In this document: one piece after another, positions 58,580 to 64,000 of the stretch
Numbering within the stretch: the stretch's first letter is position 1
Layout of the letters: the number at the start of each line of letters is the position of its first letter
Assembly: GCA_051859245.1 (NCBI GenBank)
Contig: JBHYGA010000005.1
Span: forward strand, 859,537 to 923,536
DNA from: Gemmatimonadaceae bacterium
GTDB taxonomy: Bacteria; Gemmatimonadota; Gemmatimonadetes; Gemmatimonadales; Gemmatimonadaceae
DNA length: 64,000 nucleotides
Direction of reading: 5' to 3'
Program-made: the position numbers and the translations under genes
Notes under the pieces: generated by a model
Database searches by the model: none
Told to the model about the DNA's origin: nothing
What the model saw: only the letters and a program-made list of their open reading frames with translations

Positions 58580-59722
58580 ATGCCACGCAAAGCGCCGCCG
58601 TTCGCACTCGTCGCGCTGGCCGTGGCGTTGTTGCTGGGCTGGTATGTGGTGTACACGCAATCTGTCGTGGTGGAGTTGCGTCGAGCGGCGCAGCTTCAGG
58701 GGCAGATGTCGTCGCGCGTGTATACGGCGCTTGTCGACACCGTCACTGCTGAGGGCGATGTGCTGCTCGCGCTTGCGCAGCAGTTGCGCGCCTCTGGTGT
58801 CCCGCAAATCCTGGTGTCTCCGGATGGCACCGTTGCGGACACGGCCAACCTGCCCACGCTCGCGGACAGCGCGGCGCTGGCCGCGTACATCGACGAGCTT
58901 GATGCGCTGAACGATCCGATCGAAGCGCCTGGCGCTGGCTCGATCCACTACGGCGACAGCCGCCTGGTGCGCGGTCTCGCCACGATCCCGCTGTTGCAGG
59001 CGGGTGCGATTGGACTGTTGCTGTTGCTCGGCCTGTGGGGATTGCGTGAGCGCGGTCGCGCCGAACGTGAGAAAGTGTGGGCCGGTATGGCGCGTGAATC
59101 GGCGCATCAACTCGGTACGCCGCTGTCGTCCATCTCGGGCTGGCTCGAACTGCTCGAAGACTCGGCCGGTGACAACCCATCCGTGGCGCGCGCCGTCACG
59201 CAAATGGGGCAGGATCTCGCACGTCTTGATCGTGTCGCCCATCGTTTTGAACGCATCGGTCGTCCACCGCGCCGCGATGAGGTGGAGCTTGGCGCCATGG
59301 TTGATCGGATCGCCACGTACTTCGAAGCGCGCGTGCCGAAGATCGCGCGCAAAGTGACGGTGCGCGGCGTGCGTCCCGATGAGCGGCTTGTTGTCGCCGG
59401 CGATGGTGTGCTGCTCGAGTGGGTGCTGGAAGTGCTGGTCAAGAACGCGATCGATGCGCTTGGCGGACGTGACGGCGAGGTGGTGATCAGCGCGGAACCG
59501 CTCGCCGAGGGCGGAGCACGCGTGCGTGTCACGGACAACGGCCCCGGTGTGCCACGGTCAGTGCGCAAGAAGATCTTCGAGGCGGGGTTCTCCACCAAGG
59601 AGCGCGGCTGGGGCATTGGTCTCTCGCTTGCGCGCCGTATTGTGGAAGAAAATCATGCGGGCAAGCTGGAGTTGGTCGACTCTGAACGAGGCGCGACGTT
59701 CGACGTTATCTTGAAGGCATGA
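58580..59722 (+). CDS. Membrane sensor histidine kinase
   Basis: Two TM segments, H-box AHQLGTPLS, N-box KNAIDA, DNGPG and FSTK..GWG.GL. Confidence 0.93.
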   Translation: MPRKAPPFALVALAVALLLGWYVVYTQSVVVELRRAAQLQGQMSSRVYTALVDTVTAEGDVLLALAQQLRASGVPQILVSPDGTVADTANLPTLADSAALAAYIDELDALNDPIEAPGAGSIHYGDSRLVRGLATIPLLQAGAIGLLLLLGLWGLRERGRAEREKVWAGMARESAHQLGTPLSSISGWLELLEDSAGDNPSVARAVTQMGQDLARLDRVAHRFERIGRPPRRDEVELGAMVDRIATYFEARVPKIARKVTVRGVRPDERLVVAGDGVLLEWVLEVLVKNAIDALGGRDGEVVISAEPLAEGGARVRVTDNGPGVPRSVRKKIFEAGFSTKERGWGIGLSLARRIVEENHAGKLELVDSERGATFDVILKA

Positions 59723-62184
59723 CTTCTGTTTCGTACGGCTCGTTGTTCGATCAGCCTCCCGAGGCGCCCAAAGTAGATATGTCGCGCACGCTCGCCGGAC
59801 TGAATCCGGCGCAGCGCGAGGCGGTGCTGCACGATGACGGGCCCATGCTTGTACTCGCTGGCGCCGGCTCTGGCAAAACGCGCGTGCTCACCACGCGCAT
59901 TGTGCGATTGATCGCGGAACGTCGCATTCCGGCGTCAGCCATTCTGTCGGTCACGTTCACGAACAAGGCCGCCGGCGAAATGCGCGAGCGCATTGGCCGG
60001 CAGCTCGGATATGAGCCGAACGGTATGTGGAGCGGCACATTCCACAGCATTGGGGCGCGGTTGCTGCGTCGCATTGCGCCACTGGTCGGGCGGACGGCAC
60101 AGTTCACAATCTATGATGAAGACGATTCCATTTCGCTGGTCAAGCGAGTGATGGAGCGTCGTCGGATCGATGTGAAGCAGTTCCCGCCCAAGGCAGTGCT
60201 GGGTGCGATTTCTGATGCAAAGAATGCACTGGTGTCGGCCACCGAGTACGCCACCCTCGCGCGCGACCCGTTCGCGCAGGCGGTGGCTGGCGTGTACGTG
60301 GATCTTGATGACGCATTGCAGCGCGCCAACGCGGTGAGCTTTGATGATCTGCTTGTGCTCCCGGTGCGCGCGCTTGAGCAGAACGAACCCTTGCGCGGCG
60401 ATTTGCAGCAACGCTTTCGGTACATTCTGGTGGACGAGTATCAGGATACCAATCGCGCACAATATCGGTTCATTCAACTGGTGGGTGCCGCGCACGGCAA
60501 CGTGCTCGTGGTGGGTGACGACGATCAGTCCATTTACGGCTGGCGTGGCGCGGATATTCGCAATATCCTCGACTTCGAACGTGATTTTCCCGGCGCCGGC
60601 ATTGTGCGCCTCGAAGAGAACTATCGCAGTACGCCGCAGATTCTTGATGTCGCGAACGCTGTGATTGTGGGGAACACGGAACGGCGCGGCAAAACGTTGC
60701 GCGCCACGCGGCCAGCCGGTGAAACGGTCATGCGCGTGGGGGCGCTCGACGAGCGTGACGAAGCCGATTTTGTGGCGGACACGATTGTTGATCGCACGAC
60801 ACGCGGCGGGATGGGACGCCGTGAATGTGCGATTCTCTATCGCACCAATGCGCAGAGTCGCGCGTTTGAAGACGCGTTTCGCCGTCGCAGCATTCCGTAT
60901 CGTCTTGTTGGTGCGGTGCGGTTTTATGACCGTCGTGAAATTCGTGACCTGATGGCGTACCTCAAACTCGTGGCCAATCCGAGCGACGATGAAGCGTTTC
61001 GTCGCGCGGTGTCTGTGCCGCGGCGTGGGCTTGGCGATACCACGATTGCCGTGCTCGCCGAAGCGGCCCAGCAGGCGCGTATCCCGATCTTCGAAGCGGC
61101 AACACGGGCCGATATTGTGGGCGGACTGCGAGCTGCCGCTCGCACCTCGCTTGCGGATTTCGTGGTGCTGATCCAGCAGTTTCGCGAGAAAGCGGTGGAT
61201 GCATCGGTCGACGAGTTGCTGCGCGATCTCGTCATGGCGATCCGGTACGAAGACCACCTGCGTGCGGAGGGCCAGGAAGGCCTGGAACGCATCGAGAACG
61301 TGCGTGAGTTGATTGCCGGTGCTGCCGAAGTGGTCGCGGATGAAGGCGGAGAAGTTGGCCTGACACCACTCGACCACTTCTTGCAGCAGGCTACGCTGGT
61401 CGCGGGCACAGACGCACTCGATCCATCGGCCGATGCGGTCACCATGATGACCATGCACAACGCCAAGGGACTGGAGTTCCCGCTGGTGTTTGTCACGGGA
61501 TTGGAAGACGGACTGTTTCCGCTCGCGCGCGCGGCCGAAGATCCGTCGCAGCTCGAAGAAGAACGGCGCTTGTTCTACGTTGGCGTGACGCGCGCTGAGC
61601 GCACGTTGTATCTCACGCACGCGGAGCAGCGCCGTCGCAACGGTGAGTTCATGGCGTGCATGCCGTCGCGTTTCATGCGAGAAATCCCCAAAGAGTTGAT
61701 TCGTCGCGCCGACACGAAACGCGTGATGACCGAAGGGCGTGGCCGTTCAGCGTTTGGCGACCTCGATGATGCGCCGTTTGGTTCGCGCGGAGGGAGTAGC
61801 AGTGGCTGGCGCGATCAGCCGCGTGGTGAGGGCGACGCGCGTCGGCGTTCCGCGCCTGGCATGTATGGGAGCGCCGGCTTTGGTACGAATGCGTTCGAAG
61901 GGAAGAGCCGCCTGGACGCTGGGCGTTCGAATACGCGGCGCATCGATCCCTCGTCGTGGAGTGGTGGTCGAGACGCGGACGTGTCACCGGAAGACGAATC
62001 GCAGGACGCACCGGAGTTGCGCATTGGCGAGCGAGTCAAGCACGCGAAATTTGGCAGCGGCACGATCGCCGAGTTTACCGGTAGCGGGCGTGACGCAAAG
62101 GTGCGCATTGACTTTGATGATGAAGAAATCGGTCGCAAGACACTGGTGATTGCGCAGGCCAAACTCGAACGAGGGTGGGAGTAA
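59719..62184 (+). CDS. pcrA: UvrD/PcrA-family SF1 helicase with C-terminal Tudor-like domain
   Basis: AGAGSGKT, TFTNKAA, VDEYQD, GDDDQSIY, AKGLEF, EERRL.YV and V.H..FG.G motifs. Confidence 0.93.
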   Translation: MTSVSYGSLFDQPPEAPKVDMSRTLAGLNPAQREAVLHDDGPMLVLAGAGSGKTRVLTTRIVRLIAERRIPASAILSVTFTNKAAGEMRERIGRQLGYEPNGMWSGTFHSIGARLLRRIAPLVGRTAQFTIYDEDDSISLVKRVMERRRIDVKQFPPKAVLGAISDAKNALVSATEYATLARDPFAQAVAGVYVDLDDALQRANAVSFDDLLVLPVRALEQNEPLRGDLQQRFRYILVDEYQDTNRAQYRFIQLVGAAHGNVLVVGDDDQSIYGWRGADIRNILDFERDFPGAGIVRLEENYRSTPQILDVANAVIVGNTERRGKTLRATRPAGETVMRVGALDERDEADFVADTIVDRTTRGGMGRRECAILYRTNAQSRAFEDAFRRRSIPYRLVGAVRFYDRREIRDLMAYLKLVANPSDDEAFRRAVSVPRRGLGDTTIAVLAEAAQQARIPIFEAATRADIVGGLRAAARTSLADFVVLIQQFREKAVDASVDELLRDLVMAIRYEDHLRAEGQEGLERIENVRELIAGAAEVVADEGGEVGLTPLDHFLQQATLVAGTDALDPSADAVTMMTMHNAKGLEFPLVFVTGLEDGLFPLARAAEDPSQLEEERRLFYVGVTRAERTLYLTHAEQRRRNGEFMACMPSRFMREIPKELIRRADTKRVMTEGRGRSAFGDLDDAPFGSRGGSSSGWRDQPRGEGDARRRSAPGMYGSAGFGTNAFEGKSRLDAGRSNTRRIDPSSWSGGRDADVSPEDESQDAPELRIGERVKHAKFGSGTIAEFTGSGRDAKVRIDFDDEEIGRKTLVIAQAKLERGWE

Positions 62185-62185
62185 C

Positions 62186-62500
62186 GTGGCCGTTTCAGAA
62201 AACGATGTGCGACATGTGGCGGCGCTTGCGCGGCTTGGTCTCGCTGATGATCGGGTGAAGTCGTTGGTGGGGGAGCTGAACAGCATTCTCGAGCATATGG
62301 ATGTGCTGCAGGCGGTCGATATTGGCGGCGCCTCGCTCGATCCTGATGCTACGCAAGGCATGCCTATGCGTGAGGACGTGCCAAATCCGATCGCGTTGCA
62401 TCGCGCGCGCGAAGAGTTTGCACCGCTCATGCGTGACGGATTTTTTCTGGTGCCGCGACTGTCAACGCACGGCACCACAGATGATGAGGGCGAAGGATGA
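62186..62500 (+). CDS. gatC: Asp/Glu-tRNA amidotransferase subunit C
   Basis: V.HVA.LARL, MRED and F.VP motifs; precedes gatA. Confidence 0.93.
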   Translation: MAVSENDVRHVAALARLGLADDRVKSLVGELNSILEHMDVLQAVDIGGASLDPDATQGMPMREDVPNPIALHRAREEFAPLMRDGFFLVPRLSTHGTTDDEGEG

Positions 62501-63960
62501 CCGACACTTCGTTGCTCTCGCGTTCGGCTGCGGATGTTGCCGCGGATATCGCGTCTGGTCGATTGACCCGTGACGCCGCACTTGATGCATCGCTTGCGGC
62601 CATGGCGGCTGCGCATGCGGGACCGGGCGGCCTCAACGCCGTGTTGTGGACGGACGAAGACGGTGCGCGTGCGGATGTCGCCGCGATGGACATCGACACT
62701 CACGCGCTCCCGTTAGCGGGCATTCCCGTCGCGATCAAGGACAACATCGCCACGCGCACCATGCCCACAACGTGCGGCTCGAAGATCCTCGAAGGTTATG
62801 TGAGCCCGTTTGAAGCCACAGTCATCGCCAAGCTCCGCGCGGCCGGCGCCGTACTGCCCATGAAGACCAACATGGACGAGTTCGCGATGGGATCCAGCAC
62901 GGAAAACAGTGCCTGGGGCAGTACCAGACATCCCATGGATCACACGCGTGTGCCGGGTGGATCGAGCGGTGGTTCGGCGGCAGTTGTTGCGGCTGGTGTC
63001 ACGCGCATTGCGCTGGGCTCCGAGACCGGCGGCTCCGTGCGTCAACCCGCGGCCTTCTGTGGCATCGTGGGTGTGAAGCCCACGTACGGCCGCGTTTCAC
63101 GGCACGGGCTCGTGGCGTTTGCGTCAAGCCTCGATCAGGTGGGCGTGTTCGGTCAAACCGTCGACGACGCCGCGCTCGCCTTGCAGGTTATTGCTGGCGC
63201 CGATCCGCTCGACAGCACAACCGTCGCCGTACCGGTGCCGGACTACCGGCTGTCGCGCGACCGTACTGGAGAGAAGCCGCTCGACGGGGTGGTCGTGGGT
63301 TTGCCCACAGAATACTGGCCCGAGTCGCTCGATCCGCGCATGCGCGCATTGCTCGATCGCTCGGTGCAGCGCCTGATCTCGCTCGGTGCTGATGTGCGTG
63401 AAGTGTCCCTGCCGCACACATCACTCGCGATCCCCGTGTACTACATCGTGGCGCCCGCCGAAGCGAGTTCCAACCTGGCGCGTTTTGACGGCGTGCGGTA
63501 CGGCTTGCGCGTGGAGGGTGATGGGCTGCGCGGCATGTACGAGGCAACGCGGTCACAGGGGTTTGGCCCCGAAGTGACGCGCCGTATTCTGCTCGGCACG
63601 TACGTGCTTAGCGCCGGCTACTACGATGCGTACTACAAGCGCGCCATGGCCGTCAGAAAGTTGATTGCGGCGGACTTCACCAACGTGTTTGCCAGCGGCG
63701 TGCACGTGCTCTTCACGCCAACGACGCCGACCACAGCGTTTGTGGCTGGCTCGAAGAACGATCCCTACGAGATGTACATGAGCGATATTTTCACGGCCAC
63801 CGCGAACCTCGCCGGTGTGCCCGCCATGTCGCAGCCAATTGGCCGCTTGGATGGATTGCCGGTCGGCGGCCAGCTGCTTGCGTCGCACTTTGACGAAGCC
63901 ACGATGTTCCGTGTGGCGTATGCGCTCGAGCGCGCGCTCGGCGCGGAGGCACACGCATGA
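62497..63960 (+). CDS. gatA: Asp/Glu-tRNA amidotransferase subunit A
   Basis: KDNI, NMDEFAMGSSTE, GGSSGGSA, GGSVRQP and EASSNLARFDG motifs. Confidence 0.97.
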   Translation: MTDTSLLSRSAADVAADIASGRLTRDAALDASLAAMAAAHAGPGGLNAVLWTDEDGARADVAAMDIDTHALPLAGIPVAIKDNIATRTMPTTCGSKILEGYVSPFEATVIAKLRAAGAVLPMKTNMDEFAMGSSTENSAWGSTRHPMDHTRVPGGSSGGSAAVVAAGVTRIALGSETGGSVRQPAAFCGIVGVKPTYGRVSRHGLVAFASSLDQVGVFGQTVDDAALALQVIAGADPLDSTTVAVPVPDYRLSRDRTGEKPLDGVVVGLPTEYWPESLDPRMRALLDRSVQRLISLGADVREVSLPHTSLAIPVYYIVAPAEASSNLARFDGVRYGLRVEGDGLRGMYEATRSQGFGPEVTRRILLGTYVLSAGYYDAYYKRAMAVRKLIAADFTNVFASGVHVLFTPTTPTTAFVAGSKNDPYEMYMSDIFTATANLAGVPAMSQPIGRLDGLPVGGQLLASHFDEATMFRVAYALERALGAEAHA

Positions 63961-64000
63961 GCGCGACGAACGTGACTGACGGCTACGAAATGGTGATCGG
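63957..64000 (+). CDS. gatB: Start of amidotransferase subunit B (partial)
   Basis: ATG overlaps the gatA stop; reads MSATNVTDGYEMVI(G), matching GatB YE.VIGLE.H. Confidence 0.75.
   Translation, partial: MSATNVTDGYEMVI

Overview
High-GC bacterial chromosomal window. Gene content and lineage-style hypothetical proteins suggest Gemmatimonadota (inference, not tested). It is mostly housekeeping: the metK 3' end, recO, clpB, tadA, two tRNA-Ser genes, pyrR-pyrB-pyrC, rpsT, scpAB-rluB, a MoxR/DUF58/Bat cluster, mutL-miaA-bshA-uppP-birA-coaX, CIRCE-controlled groESL, serS, pcrA/uvrD and gatCAB. Accessory-looking blocks are a cobalamin-riboswitch operon (BtuFCD-like ABC transporter, TonB-dependent receptor and an uncharacterised lipoprotein), a GMC/Tat dehydrogenase pair, a lipoprotein subtilase, tandem ATP-grasp ligases and a SulP/beta-carbonic anhydrase pair. 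I found no integrase, transposase, prophage or CRISPR array. The best candidates for novelty are: (1) a beta-CA whose first Zn-ligand Cys is replaced (CSDSR to GHDSR); (2) the B12-regulated surface lipoprotein; (3) a secreted protein consisting only of a T9SS-CTD/FlgD-Ig-like domain; (4) sigma54-type promoters before clpB and an orphan gene; (5) several apparently leaderless genes. All calls come from motif recognition by eye; no searches were run.
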